This document shows positions 1-12,820 of a DNA stretch of 64,000 nucleotides, piece by piece. Numbering within the stretch: the first letter of the stretch is position 1; every line of letters begins with the position of its first letter. This DNA is from Phoronis australis. Its lineage: Eukaryota; Animalia; Phoronida. Position numbers and translations under genes: made by a program. Location: contig NMRA01000447.1 in NCBI GenBank assembly GCA_002633005.1, positions 219,182 to 283,181 of the forward strand, given 5' to 3'. The notes below the pieces were generated by a model that worked only from the letters and a program-made list of their open reading frames with translations, did no database searches and was not told the origin of the DNA.

Positions 1-898
1 CGAACTCATGTGACCAAGTGATTAAAAAAATTACTGCGTCATGCCTCTAACACTACATTTTCCCAACGCCGACATTCAGCTCATAGAACACATTTTACTA
101 CACTCACCCCCGTTTGCGTTTTCAATCGCGGAATTTATATTTTTAGACAACGGAGGTATCGATTATAATTTTTTGCCACGTTTAAAATATTTTTGTCTAA
201 TAATTGAAAATTAAAGTCGGCTCAGCAGATGATTATTTTCCCGGCGAAGTGGCACATGTCAACTCCCGGGGATTCTTCGCTGGCAGTTGCGTCCAGGCAG
301 CAAAAATCAAGCACATGTGCTCGTTATTGCAACTCAGGTTAGGAACGCCCTATTTTGAGATAAAAGTGTTTTTGCTGGTTGAAACATCGCTCTGTGTGAA
401 TGTTTTTCTTTTCCACCTTACATTGTTGGTGGCCGGTAAAGCCAGTGCCGATTTGCTCCCAAATGCGCTGTAGGGCACAGGGCAGTTTCTGATTCTTTGC
501 ATCAGTTTCACGATGTGACGATGAAAAAAGGACATCTGACGATATGGAATTTTTTTATCTAATTTATTACCGGAACGGGTACTGTTGCTGAAATTTGACG
601 TACCCTCACGATGAGTCGGGGCACGTCAGTAGTGTTGGCTGCTCCGGAGAGATATGACGTAATTTTTATTCACAATTCATACTTATGATTGCATTGGATA
701 CTTCTCGCCATATGCAAACAACAGGTAAAATTTGGACAATATATAATCAAATTTGTATAAAAATAACCAAAATGAGAATCAAAATCTACCAAACAAAATA
801 GCAACGCTTATGCTCTCACGGGGATAGCAATGCGTTTTCAAGGACAACATAGTCGTCAATCAGAAGTCGTTCCTTAACTGGATAGAGTTCTGTACCAG

Positions 899-945
899 TA
901 ACGCTAGGACCTACGCTAGGACCTACGCTAGAATCTACGCTAAAA
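899..945. repeat. Short tandem repeat, 12-bp unit (ACGCTAGGACCT) x about 4
   Basis: acgctaggacct acgctaggacct acgctagaatct acgctaaaat read directly. Confidence 0.8.
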
Positions 946-1093
946 TGCAAGACATCGCGAGATTACGTGAGATATTGCCTTGTATCTTAAAGAAAAGACG
1001 TGATTTTGTCTTCATCTTTCTAGTCGCTAGACTGCCACAGCTACAGTACTGAACTCTACTCGGATATTCCACGGGCTCAGGGAATAGACGACA

Positions 1094-1330
1094 GGAATAC
1101 ACATTTAGTCGGTGATTTCCTGATCCCGTCTGTTACTATAATAACAAAAGGGAATACACATGTAGTCGATGATTTCCTGATCCCGACTGTTACTTTGATA
1201 ACAGAAAGGAATACACATGTAGTCGATGATTTCCTGATCCCGACTGTTACTTTTATAACAGAAGGGAATACACATGTACATGTAGTCGATGATTTTCTGA
1301 TCCCGACTGTTACTTTAATAACATAAAAGA
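1094..1330. repeat. Minisatellite, about 57-bp unit x4
   Basis: Repeated GGAATACACATGTAGTCGATGATTTCCTGATCCCGACTGTTACTTT.ATAAC; accounts for the repetitive ORF 1077..1346. Confidence 0.9.
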
Positions 1331-2265
1331 AGTAATGCCATGTCACATGCTATGGTTGGTATACATTTTGGATTTTTTGAACTAGATTAACCGCTTGAGA
1401 CAAGGATTTTAAGGGAAGATAAGTATAATATTCGACTGGAAATTGTCAACGTGAACTCTAAAAATGGCATGTCTACGGCATTTTAATTTTGGTCTCATCC
1501 GTCCACCCCCTCCCCCAAATCTGCCTTGAAAGATGTATTTTGTATGCAAGAAAACTTAAACTATAAAGTAACTTTAAAAAAACATAACACACATTGATAA
1601 ATTCTTAACTGGATGAGTATAGCTGAATAGTTCGTCAAGGGTTTGTGTCGGTTTCATCTCATGACTGCAAAGAGGAAATCTTTGAACTTGCTCCATCTCA
1701 ATGCTATGCAATGGGCACGCAGCGGTGAAATCGCCGGGGTGACACTCTTATTAATCGTTCATTTGCATGACTGAAACACAGGTACACATTACTGCGATAA
1801 AACTAGTTGCGAGATATTCACGCGTAGCTAGAGTTGTGGAGGTGTTTACCTCCGCAGCAGTGATGGAGACTCATGTGGACGGGAGCTGAGAAAAAAATCG
1901 GGTAGTTTTGTTATACTCTCACGCACAGCCCATTGTACCAAGTTAACCATTAATTGCACTGAAACGAAATTTCAGACGGCTAAATATCTGTGCCTCAACC
2001 TTCAGGTAAGATAAAAACTATGACGGCTGAAAACGACAAATTTATTTCCTTGTATTATTAGCTCCGTTCAGGATATAGTGCATTCCATTGTAAATGGCCA
2101 TTTTCAGAATTTGAATTATTTCGCTTGAATAATGAACGCAAACACAAAACAAATCGAAACTCGCCACTGTTCCCGAAAATAGTCACAGTATGCCTCGGAT
2201 GTACATGTACACGTGCAATCTCGTTTGTTTCAAATTCGTAATTGAATCTTTTCTCGTCTTTTCAG

Positions 2266-2449
2266 GAACAAAATGGTGCGGTAGTGGCAACTCGGCTAAA
2301 CATGAGAACGATCTAGGCACAGACATCAATACAGATCGTTGTTGCCGTGAGCACGACAGGTGTCCTTACTACATCTTGGGATTTGAAACGAAGTGGCATC
2401 TGTTCAACTCTTGGTTCGGCACCGTCAGCCATTGTGATTGCGACAACAG
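2266..2449 (+). CDS. Group III secreted phospholipase A2, catalytic exon
   Basis: Acceptor ttttcag|GA, donor ACAG|gtttga. Encodes GTKWCGSGN (Ca2+ loop), CCREHDRCP (His-Asp catalytic motif) and SHCDCD. The upstream signal-peptide exon was not identified. Confidence 0.92.
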
Positions 2450-4094
2450 GTTTGAGACTATACTCATTAGTTGCCCAGATGAAATCGGAAGGATATTTTA
2501 GATAAACTACAACCATGGGAAATGTGTACACAACTGGGTTTGCGTTGTTACATGTTTTCATACCAAAACATCTTAATGTCGGAATTTATTATTGTTCACA
2601 CATGTCGCACGTAACTATACATGTATATAACTGTGAAATAGACGGGCGTAAATACAGAGACGTAAGTGCCAGTATAATGGTAGTCTTTCAAGTAGCAATG
2701 TGAGGCCGTATATCACTGCGTGAAATATTCTCAACGCACGCATCAGCCGAGCACGTTAAATCTCACCTTCTGAAACACCAGGACTGCTTTCTGAGGAACC
2801 GAGGAACTCGAGAAAACGCAAGATTACGCGTGACTAAACCAGATATCGCCATGCGAAGCGCGTGATCACGTTAGCTTGCTTAAATACGTTTAATTCTTGC
2901 GTCTACGGAACGCAGCCCAAGTTTTTCAGTGATGCCAGTGGATGTTTACGAGCAGACAACTGTCCCACAATGCATTTGCAAAATAACAATGACGCTGTAA
3001 AAGAAATCCCCGATCTTCTCCTTTGTATTTTCCTGAGATTAAAATGTTCTCCTGTGCCCGGCACCAGCTCCGAAGAAAAAGTATCCCTTGGTACAGCCAG
3101 GTTGCGATAAATGTCACCTGTGCCACGTTGCTTCCTGGTAGCCTCCAGTTCCCGCAATCATGTACCTAAATACTTATTGGTGTGTTATACTGGCAATAGT
3201 AATATAATGAATAGGGATTCGTTCCGTAAACGCAAAACCTCGCGAAAAAGCAACATCTCGCAAGGCCTAGTACATGTAAGAATCACGCGTCAGTGTAAAA
3301 GGCTTGTGTCTCTCGAGTACGTTAAGAAGCTTATTGGTGCTGTTTAACAAAATGGCGGCCCCTGAAGTAATAGGCCAGTCCTGAAATAGCACAGCACCAC
3401 TCTCATTTTAAAGCATTTACCGAAAATGCAACAAATGTGTCAAGCACTTTTCGTGCTTCTTCAGTCATACGCAAATCTACTGCTCACTTTCCCATAATCT
3501 AGTTATGTTATTCATCGCTGTAATGCAGGCAAACTTGAGCCGGAATTTGAGTTCCATTCCACCAACAAATTGTCAAAAAATATAATAATATCAGCGCTAA
3601 ATGCGCAATGTATTGTTCTTCCTTTGTCAATTCTGGACCGCCTCACATGAAAAGTAGTTCACTAGTCAGTCAATGCGTCTTTCTACTTCCCAAAAAGAGG
3701 GAGTTCAACCCAGGTAGGGTCTACTGGTCTGTGAAGTTGAAATGTTGTATTACGGAACACAGCTCACCCTTTCCATTCCATAAGCTAACACATCTCGCCG
3801 CATGTGCTTCCTGGGTGTCTTGCGTCTACGTAACGCAGTTCTGTATCACCCGTCACACCTTTGGACCGCTGACAACGGTTTGCATTGCAGATAGATCAGG
3901 TTTCAAAATGTCTCTTTAAAAAGAACTTGTGGTGTCACGAAACAATGTGGATCGAAAATTGATCAATATCGCGTGCAAGAAAATTTGGGAAATTAATCAA
4001 GGCATGCTTGTCGTTTGCCGAAGAAACTATATGTTTATTGGTAACAAGCCCCTTACATACTGTATCTAAAGAGCGTCACGTTTTCTCCTTTCAG

Positions 4095-4296
4095 CTTCAA
4101 AACCTGTCTTCGCTCTGCCAGGACTGGAACTGCTAACATGGTTGGGAAGGTGTTCTTCAATTTCATTAAAAGATCATGTTTTGTCTTGAGGAAAAGAAAA
4201 GCCTGCGTGCAAAAATCGTGGTGGGGCATATGCTTAAAGAGGAAGAGAACGCTTGTTGGAAAGTTTAAAAAAATAAAAAAATATCGACCTTTATAG
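4095..4296 (+). CDS. Group III secreted phospholipase A2, last exon
   Basis: Acceptor tctcctttcag|C is phase-compatible with the previous exon (AG|C = Ser). Reads FKTCLRSARTGTANMVGKVFFNFIKRSCFVLRKRKACVQKSWWGICLKRKRTLVGKFKKIKKYRPL*, matching the F..CL...A..VG..FFN....CF pattern of group III PLA2. Confidence 0.88.
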
Positions 4297-5180
4297 AATG
4301 TAGAGTATTTTCGTACGTGTAGAATAGATTTTCAAGTTAACGACATTATTTTTGGTATACAATCTGTAACGAGCAAATTTATCACGCCCAACTATATGAA
4401 ACAAGTTTGGATACCGTACATCTTACCTTTTTTGCTTGAATCCAGTGAAAAATCGTAACCGAATGTTTAATGTCTACGTATATTTCCCATCTCCAAATAG
4501 AATTTCGCAATATTTCTGAACCAGCATAATATTGTTTACGTGAGTAGGTACTTAATAGCATTGTATTAGAATCATTTTGTGCTACGTCAGATTTTTTGAC
4601 AACAAATGCTCAATATTTCTCGATTGTCAATTGCTATTACTAAAGCTAATTATATCCCCGCCAAATATGCAGATCTAAGAATGTTTCAATCACCAGAACT
4701 TGTCAACAGTCAGAAGCCGTGAGGGTTCTCGTTTAAAAGTGATTTCATTAAGTGCTTCCGTTAAAGGATTTCCCTCAAATTACAAATGCCATGTGACTGG
4801 CACTTCCTATTTACGTCAGATCTTTTTTGTATATTCTCGACTCAATCGAAAACATGGTGTGATTTTTTCTACAAACATGTTTCTAGTACCACTAAAACTG
4901 GACTTGCCCTTTTCATTTTAAGACGACGAAACTGCAGAGGTACTAGCGCTCACACGTCGCAGACGATATGAAATGCATCCTCCACCTGGTGTGCGAACAT
5001 TCCTGCCGCCATTTTATTAACAAGACTTGTCTGCATAGTTTGGTATAAAAATCGTCGAGTGCAAGGATCTGTACATTTAAGTTTTACTACCGTGCCATGA
5101 ACCCGTCTAAAAATTAGTAAAAAACAACGTTATTGATATGCTTTGATACCATGTCTACATAATTTTAGGTTTGACAAAAC

Positions 5181-5322
5181 ATGGGCGGCGCAGCACTGTA
5201 AAAAGTGGGGGGCTATAACCCCCAGTTCCCCTGTGATGCATTGCCCATAGACCGTGGGCGAGGCAGCATTGAAAAAAGTGGGGGCTATAGCTCCCGTAGC
5301 CCCCTATGTTGCGCCGCCTACG
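5181..5322. repeat. Two adjacent copies of a short GC-rich hairpin repeat (CATGGGCGGCGCAGCACTG...GGGGCTATAG..CCCC..ATG)
   Basis: Related copies at 26391-26464, 54290-54425 and 58735-58897 (inverted). The termini are inverted repeats. Confidence 0.65.
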
Positions 5323-5339
5323 TAAAAGCATGAAGTATC

Positions 5340-6000
5340 TTAAAAGAATGTCCTAATTTGGATAACTTCGGAACGTCAAACCACAAAAATAACTAGTCAA
5401 ATTGTTACAAAACTTCCACATAGCATGCTTTGTGCACTTTTGTTCAAAACAGTATTAGCAATTTGGGGTTAACAAAATAGGTCATTTATGATTTTACTCA
5501 AAAGTTGCATAAACGAAATAATATTCTAGAAACTTGATTTTGGAATTTCGTCTTAAACCTCTATTTCAAATGATATTTAGCGATATTTTTGATATAACCT
5601 TTCTTTTGCTCTGAATGGAATTTTCTGTTTTGCTAAATTTTACTAAACAGGCTTGGTCCCGTGACCCAATTAAGGACACCTTCTTCTAAAGTTGAAAAAT
5701 TAAGTCTGCAGTCTTTCTATTTTCAGGAAATATATACTTTACAGGGTTGAATTTTTGTAGTTTTGTAGAGATGTGGCGAAATGCAAAGGCATAACCTAAG
5801 GCTACTAAGGACGGTTTTGACAAGCCTGTGTAATTGTATGCAACGTTGGAGCTGTGTATACAAGTCCCATTAAACGGTTAGGAAAACAATGCATAAAGCA
5901 CACCTGAAAGTTTCGTATGAGTCCGACCAGCCATTGCTTACACATGGTGTTCCGAAATTAGCCAAATTTAGACATGTTCAAGGGTCCTTTATAATCTTAA
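5340..6000. mobile_element. TTAA-ended non-autonomous DNA element (Kolobok-like MITE family)
   Basis: Right end AATTAGCCAAATTTAGACATGTTCAAGGGTCCTTTATAATCTTAA resembles the end at 21690-21735 (AATTTACCAAATTCGGTCATTTTTGCAAGGTCCTCCGTAACCTTAA). Both have the upstream motifs GCATAAAGCAC and CAGCCATT. Confidence 0.5.
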
Positions 6001-6394
6001 AGATTTCTTTTCGTTGCTGAGAGGCTATTTTTCTCTAAGTGCAAAATTACGGTTTACTAATTGGAGGATTTGTAATCTTCAGTTTACACTAAATCAAGAA
6101 CAATCTTCGTGAAGTGCATGGGAAACCATTTCAAGCGAAGTAACTAATTCACCGCTGTTATATAGCGGTTGAGAGTGAGCCATTTTCCTCCATCAACTTG
6201 TCAAGGTGTATCTACACTGTATAAGAAAACCACTCTACTCTACTGCCATTTTGCGTGGGGCTTGTTTGTTCATAAAACAACTGAAGTTTAAAAGTAAATC
6301 TTTCTCAGTCCTCAAATAGTGTATGCATCAATGCAAATGTGATTTGTTGTGTGTATATTGCTGAGTGCTGAAAATAAGTGTAACATTTCGCAAC

Positions 6395-6542
6395 GGGTAC
6401 ACTGGATTGACTTAGCTGGTTCCGCCGGGTCACTCATCTAAGAAATCTGATTGGTTCTCAATGTCGACTTTCGGCTTACAGACCATTAATTTGCCGTAGC
6501 CGCTTGAATCAGCGAAACCAGCGAAGTCAATCAAGTGCAACC
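6395..6542. mobile_element. Small MITE or hairpin with 31-bp imperfect TIRs
   Basis: GGGTACACTGGATTGACTTAGCTGGTTCCGC versus the reverse complement of 6512-6542: 26/31 identity. Confidence 0.65.
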
Positions 6543-7004
6543 AATATAAGTTATAATCGTCCACAATCGTGTACAATGACTGCCGTTAGACTACAAGTGT
6601 AGTATTCTTTTCCAAGATTATAATACGTGTAACTTCTTACGAAAGTATTATATGCACTTATTGATGGCTCTGCTACATGTGTAATTGTATGAGATATTCA
6701 ATATACCCGTGTGCATTCTTTCAAACCTTGATTGCTGACTGAGTTCGACTTGTTATGAGACAGCGGACGGGCACATCAGCACCGCGTTTTAAAGAAAAGC
6801 TAAACACTCGCTAGACCTTTGCTTCCGTCGAAAAATGGCGTGTGTAACCGAAATAGGAAGTTTGCGTTCAACTTTCTGCATCAGTTCATGTTCACCAAAT
6901 AATCGTTTCAGTGGCGCAAAATTCGCCAGAAACACGCTCAATGGAACTCACTCCAGATGTTCCTGTTTGGTTCTTAACCCATCCATGCCCAAATTTTGTT
7001 TTGA

Positions 7005-7221
7005 AGAGTCTATTGTTTTTGTCTTTTTACTTCCGGCTAGAACCCAGTCTAAAGACGTAGCCTATTTCAGGAGAACCAGGCTAAGAATGAAGTAAGAAAA
7101 TCTGTCTACAACTCGAAGTCAAAAGACAGAAATCCGTAGCCTGCAAAAGACTAACATCTACTTTTAGTTATTCATTGTCAAACTTTTGGCTAAGCTCAAG
7201 AGACAAAAGCCAATAGACTCT
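7005..7221. repeat. Inverted-repeat-bounded segment (possible MITE)
   Basis: AGAGTCTATTGTTTTTGTCT versus AGACAAAAGCCAATAGACTCT. Confidence 0.45.
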
Positions 7222-8059
7222 ACGAGAAACAGGTGTTAGCCTCAGGAGTATGCAAATCGTCGTTATGGGGTACTGTACGAAGGGCTTCTCTCGATATAAG
7301 TGTCCCCCCATGTCGTCCCCCTCCCTTTCAATCACTCTCAAGTCCCGCACTCCGACCTTTTGCGTCTCTCCCGGTCCCCATAAATGTCTCACTGGGTAGT
7401 CACTAATTTTTATTCCGCCTGCGCTCCCACCCCCGATCGTATATCCCGCCTCCCCGCCGTCGGGTGCCGCCACCTCTCAAGGTGCTAAGAACTGAAGAAA
7501 GTGAAATAACAAATAACACAACTAACACGTATGTATTCAACTTACATGTACAAAGATCACGAAAAATCTATACATTCCGATTATAAGAGGCAATTTTATA
7601 TTGCGGTCACCTGCTTTAATGAAGATGTGAGATGTTATGCTATTGACATAGATGAAAATTATATTTCTGTATCAGTTATATGAAAGTACAGGTACATGCA
7701 ACATGTAATACACGGGTAAATTGCGCTTGTGTTACTGCCACAATCGTGGTGATCAATCACTAAAACTGTTCCATATATTTTTCAGACAATATTAACTGTA
7801 CAGTACTGAATTATTAAACTATCAATCAATTTATTTTCAGTACTCTGGCCTCCAGCCCATATACAAGTATGAAAGTAACGAATACAAGCACGAAATTAAC
7901 AAAGTGGTTCACATAACACAGACAATTAAATTTAATTTTATACAATAAAAACTTGGTGAGTGTAACGAGCTACGTGTAGGTTTTAAACGTTGCAAGATTT
8001 CATGGAATAAATAAAGGCATCACCATCGAAGTTATTAATATTATGACAAATACCAAACT

Positions 8060-8710
8060 TTATCATAAAATCTTCCTGTACTTGACACTTCAATGAAACG
8101 TGATTTTCATCCTCAACAGTTTCAGAACAGAGTAGAAAGGCTGATCTATAGATAAACTCAAGTGTCTGCTAGCTTCGATTTTAGTTGATGATTTGAACAT
8201 CTAAAGCGTACAAAAGCTGTGATTAAATATTTTTGTCTAGACATTTTGCACATTTTTCTAGAATGATTATATTTTAAATAATTTATAAGAATTTACTTTA
8301 CTGAGAGATGATATTTCGTTCAGTCATTGCTGTTCGTCTATGTCTATACACCTCTGTTTGAATTCGAGTACAACTCTTCGTTATCAACTGTTTGACTTAC
8401 CCACACAATACCAAACCCATTCCTTAAAAGTAGGTTTTTAATGCGGAGACCCAAGCTTTCACGACTTCTTTCTGCAAAGTCATGTTGGACCTTACAACAT
8501 GAGTAGGTATATCTATTCTGAGGCAATTTCAACAACTTCAACCAATATTCAATAATCCTAGTGAAGCTCCTTGATGTGATTGTAGACCTGCCTACCTCAC
8601 GCCAGGCTGCTGAATTACAGTAGGGGCAAGAATTATCAACATTTGGGCCATTGTGAAAACAACACAAATTGATAAATAATGATGACTTGTCCAATTTTGT
8701 TTCTATCAAT
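8060..8710 (-). mobile_element. Decayed 3' end of a non-LTR retrotransposon (LINE ORF2 C-terminus)
   Basis: LRIKNLLLRNGFGIVWVSQTV, followed after frameshifts by FVRFRCSNHQL and TVEDENHVSLKC, the usual post-RT region with a CCHC-type knuckle. Confidence 0.7.
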
Positions 8711-9687
8711 TCCTAAGCTTGACTTGCCCCATAAATTTCCGTGGAATAAATTACGCCATAATATCAGTTCGAAAACTAGTCGATAGAAATTGTTTAGTAA
8801 CTTAGACTTTGAAAGCGGTAAGTTTCATGCCCATCCTGTTAAATTCGTGACGAATGCAGCGATTGATGCGGTGGACAGAGTTCACATCATTCATTATTAC
8901 TGTATATTGTTCACTGACCGCGTTCTGTCAAATGTGACACTATTCACACGTGTATACGCAATTCCAACGTTATCGTGGTCCTGTCCTGCTATGAGCTGTT
9001 TGGAACACAAGAGATTCTGGGCACAGTCCCTAAGTTCGGTACACGAAAACATAAAAGACTGAACAGGGGATAAATCCTTCAAAACTTATTGCACATGGGT
9101 AGCACATTTTTGAGAGGCGAAATCCGCTGAACAGAACGCTTTTCGTTATTGATGATATTTATTTCGTTTCTCTCATACATGTACTTCCGAGACAGTGATC
9201 GACATGCTTTAAGTGATTTTTTATTTTAACATTTATATTTAGCTCTAGCATGATAATTACAGGTCACATAAAACAATATAGTATACATGTACGTCATTCA
9301 CAAAGAATAACATTAAATCAGTAGTCAACATGTACCGTATTTTCTTCAGTAAATAACTTAATAAAGTTTATGAACATTTGGAAATTGAGATTTTTTAACA
9401 AGCTTTTGTCTAAATATGTAATTTTTTGCTATGATCAACAGATTAATGATACAATTTTCCGACTTGAGTGATATTACTGCATCGTTTTGCGATCACTTGA
9501 GAAGGAAACATGATTGTTTCGAAATATGTTAATATGTGATGTTACTTACCTACATGTACATGTATGTCTCCTAGTCAGATTTTATACCATATCTTTCAAC
9601 TATTTGAAAAGGGTGAGGGAAACGAAATTAAGATCACCAACCATGAAAAGTGTCGCAGTGTTCAACGAATTTTGTGTCTGAGGAAAC

Positions 9688-10361
9688 TTATTCAACAGAA
9701 ACTACATCGATTCTATTGATCTTATCATTGACTGCATGATCTCGCCTTGAGTATCCGTGCTCGTAATAAATCATAAAGTTACCGACGACGACAGGAACAG
9801 TGAACGATATCACTAAAACTCCAGACATCGCACACATTGCGCCGGAAAGATAACCCAATCCACTTTTGGGAACCATATCTCCATAACCGACGGTTGTCAT
9901 GGTGATAAGCGCCCACCAACAAGATTTTGGAATACTCGTGAAAGGCCAAGAGGCACCTTCTGCGTGGTACACCAGGGTCGCAAAAAGAATTACGAATACA
10001 CACATGAACATGAACATTAAACTTACTTCCCTAAGACTATTTTTGAAGGTATAAACAATTATCAGAGCTCCCTTACATTTACCTAGAGCTCGGAAAATTG
10101 GAACAGCACGCATCATGTTAATAATCGAAAGAAAGACATCGTAGCTGTGTCTTCCCTCTGCAGCAAAGAATCTCTCGAAAAACATAACGATAAAGCCCAC
10201 AGCTGCGATGATTTCTAGGATGGTAGTGGTCTGTCGGAGAAATTTGCACTTCTCCGGGGCAAAAATGATGCGAGCAATTAACTCCAACACGAAGAAAGCT
10301 AAGCAAACTGTTGTCATCAGAGTAAAAAGAGTATCCATGAAGCTTTCTTGAGTAACAATGC
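9688..10361 (-). CDS. Shaw/Kv3-like voltage-gated K+ channel, exon 4 (S2-S6, pore)
   Basis: Acceptor ttggtttcag|GC (phase 1). Contains WWALITMTTVGYGDMVPK and CAMSGVLVISFTVPVVVGNFMIYYEH (Shaw-like S6), then a stop. Confidence 0.93.
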
Positions 10362-11291
10362 CTGAAACCAAGAGCAAAAATTCTTAAGGAAGGGATAATC
10401 TCTGAAATAGTCGTGTCAATTTATCGGGTTTTTTGGTATTGATAACATAAATACACTAGGCCAGGCAGGCATAAGTATTCAACAACGCATGATGTCGGTT
10501 TCGCAATTTTTTCGTTCTTTCGTTTTCTAATGCACCACAACTGAATTGCTTAGAACTTGGACACGGCCGGTGTTGATTAGCTGGATGTAGACCACTGAAC
10601 ACAAGGCCTATTCGTCATACGGACACGTGTATTAAAGAGTCAGATACAGTACTACAACAATCCATCAAAAGAGCTGATTAAGTGTCATTAGCTTAGATTT
10701 ATGTTACAAACGACACGGAAATTGCCGTTCTTCGTGTCGAGAATGACTAGAATTAGCCAAGAACGTCGTACCAGTTCTTGCAATCTGGCATGATCGCATC
10801 AGTTTAGCGCTGTCAGTATGATTTCATTAATCTTCATGTATCTGCCTAAATATTTTTTAATACCTTTATTGAGAAACAAGCGTAGAAATGTAATAATACA
10901 AGGGAATCATTCACACTGTCATTCACTCTCCAGCCACACCAAATTTAAAGTAAGTATGACTAAACAAGTTCAACAAATCATCTTTTCCAGATTTGAGAAA
11001 ACCTAAAACTATTACCTTGTAGGAAAAACCCCCCCTCGTATGACAACTGCAATTCACCAGAGAATGAGAGAAGTGTGTTCCAACAATGTTTTACAATGAG
11101 ACATTCCTACAAAGGTGTTGCAAAGACTCTGGTGCATTTTGCAAAAAGAACAAAAATCATCTTCTCGTACATTTATAGTTTTTGTGTTTGTTGTCAAAAT
11201 TCTGTGTAGTACCTTAAGCCATTACAGATGTTTTGTCATCTAAATAGCAGTCTACTATAGTTCCACCGGAAGGCCAACTCAGCCCGTGTAC

Positions 11292-12428
11292 CTCGCTGGT
11301 TCCCTACGTGCCTAGCCAGCACGCAGGTATCACGCAGTAGCACGCGCTTTAGCATTAGTTGATGTAACCTCGGCAGTCATTGGTTAGCTTTACAACAACG
11401 TAAAAAATGGCGGACTGTGAACAATTTTTAGCCTTGTCATGCAGGTGGCGTAGCTCGCTGGTTCCCTGAGTGCCGCTAGGTGGTAGCCAGCACGCAGGTA
11501 TCATTTAGTTTTCATCGGGAAATTTTTTTACACCGGCGTTTCTGATTGGCTGGTCGAATTCGACAGGCAGCTCCTTACGCAAACTAATCGACATGAGTGA
11601 TATGGAGGAAGTGTAAATGTGGTCTGTGTACAGACAAATCGGTGCTTAAAATTTATGTTCAGGAAATGTGACTCCCAGAAATTGCGGTTGCGCGCTTTCG
11701 GAGTGCATCTTTCTACTGTCGATGACCTTTGTTTAGGATACTTTCCTGTATTCATACAGTATGAATTCACACCGGTTAAATCGGCCAGACACGTATGTGC
11801 TTCAAACACACGGCTATTAAACATTACTGCAGGAACGAAATAGTTGCTGCTGCGCCACCTGCATGACAGGGCTAAAAATCGTTAATAGTCCGCCATTTTT
11901 TCTCGTTGTTGTAAAGCTAACCAATGACTGCCGTGGTTACATCAACCAATGCTAAAGCGCGTGCTACTGCGTGATGCCTGCGTGCTGGCTATAGGCACGT
12001 AGGGAACGTGGCGTAGCAGCAACTATTTCGTTTCTGTAGTAATGTTTATAGCCGCGTGCTTGAAGCACACATTGTACAATAAACACATATCTAGCCGATT
12101 TAACTGGTGTTCATACTATATGAATACAGGACAGTATCGTAAACAAAAGTCATCGACAGTAGAAAGATGCACTCCGAATAGGCGCAACCACAAATTCTGG
12201 GATTCACATTTCCTGAACATAAATTTTAAGCACCAATTTGTCTGTACACTGAACAGGCCAAATTTAGTCTTGCTCTATCAGTCATGCCAGTTTGTTTGCG
12301 TAACGCGCTGTCTGTTGAGAATTCGACCAGCTAATCACGGAAACTCCGGTGTAATAATATTTCCCGAGGAAAATTAAGTGGTACCCGCGTGCTGGCTACC
12401 TCGTAGCGGCACACAGTGAACCAGCCAG
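11292..12428. mobile_element. Self-nested MITE: a roughly 560-bp element carrying an inverted copy of itself; 9-bp TSDs (Mutator-like)
   Basis: Outer TSD CCCGTGTAC at 11283-11291 and 12429-12437. Inner copy 11454-12007 flanked by GTGGCGTAG at 11445-11453 and 12008-12016. Terminal motif CTCGCTGGTTCCCT..GTGCC..TAGCCAGCACGCAGGTATCA. Confidence 0.85.
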
Positions 12429-12820
12429 CCCGTGTACCACAGACGGACATACATGTACCAACTAAATTTATCTCATTGGACGATACATTAGTCACTGCGA
12501 GACACGCGGCACACGAGCGACCTCTGTGTACAACTAGGCTCCTGGAAGGCCACGAAGGATGTCTGCTATTGTGTGACTGGAGTTTACACGCAAAAATATC
12601 AATTTTATCCTATTGTCAGAGAAACTTAAAAAAACAGACGATTTGGACAACACTTATTCCGAGGACATTTAATTCACGATTCTCAATTTCATGGCCAGCA
12701 GAAATGTACTTTAAAATTATTACGTGACTATTTTTGGAAAATCTAAAAGCAACAGAAAATAGTAATGCAGACAAAAGTTCGTCCACGAGCAGGCATGTTT
12801 TATTTTCTGCATCCATGTTN

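Noticed and set aside
1094-1330. CRISPR-like regular repeat
   Set aside because: The units are contiguous with no unique spacers, there are no cas genes, and the context is eukaryotic. It is a minisatellite.
1976-2005. Candidate upstream PLA2 exon (ttcag...CAG|gtaag)
   Set aside because: In-frame TAA in the phase needed to join exon 2266; at best a UTR or alternative exon.
7168-7473. Gly-rich 101-aa ORF
   Set aside because: No recognizable domain or splice support; probably a chance frame in a GC-rich patch.
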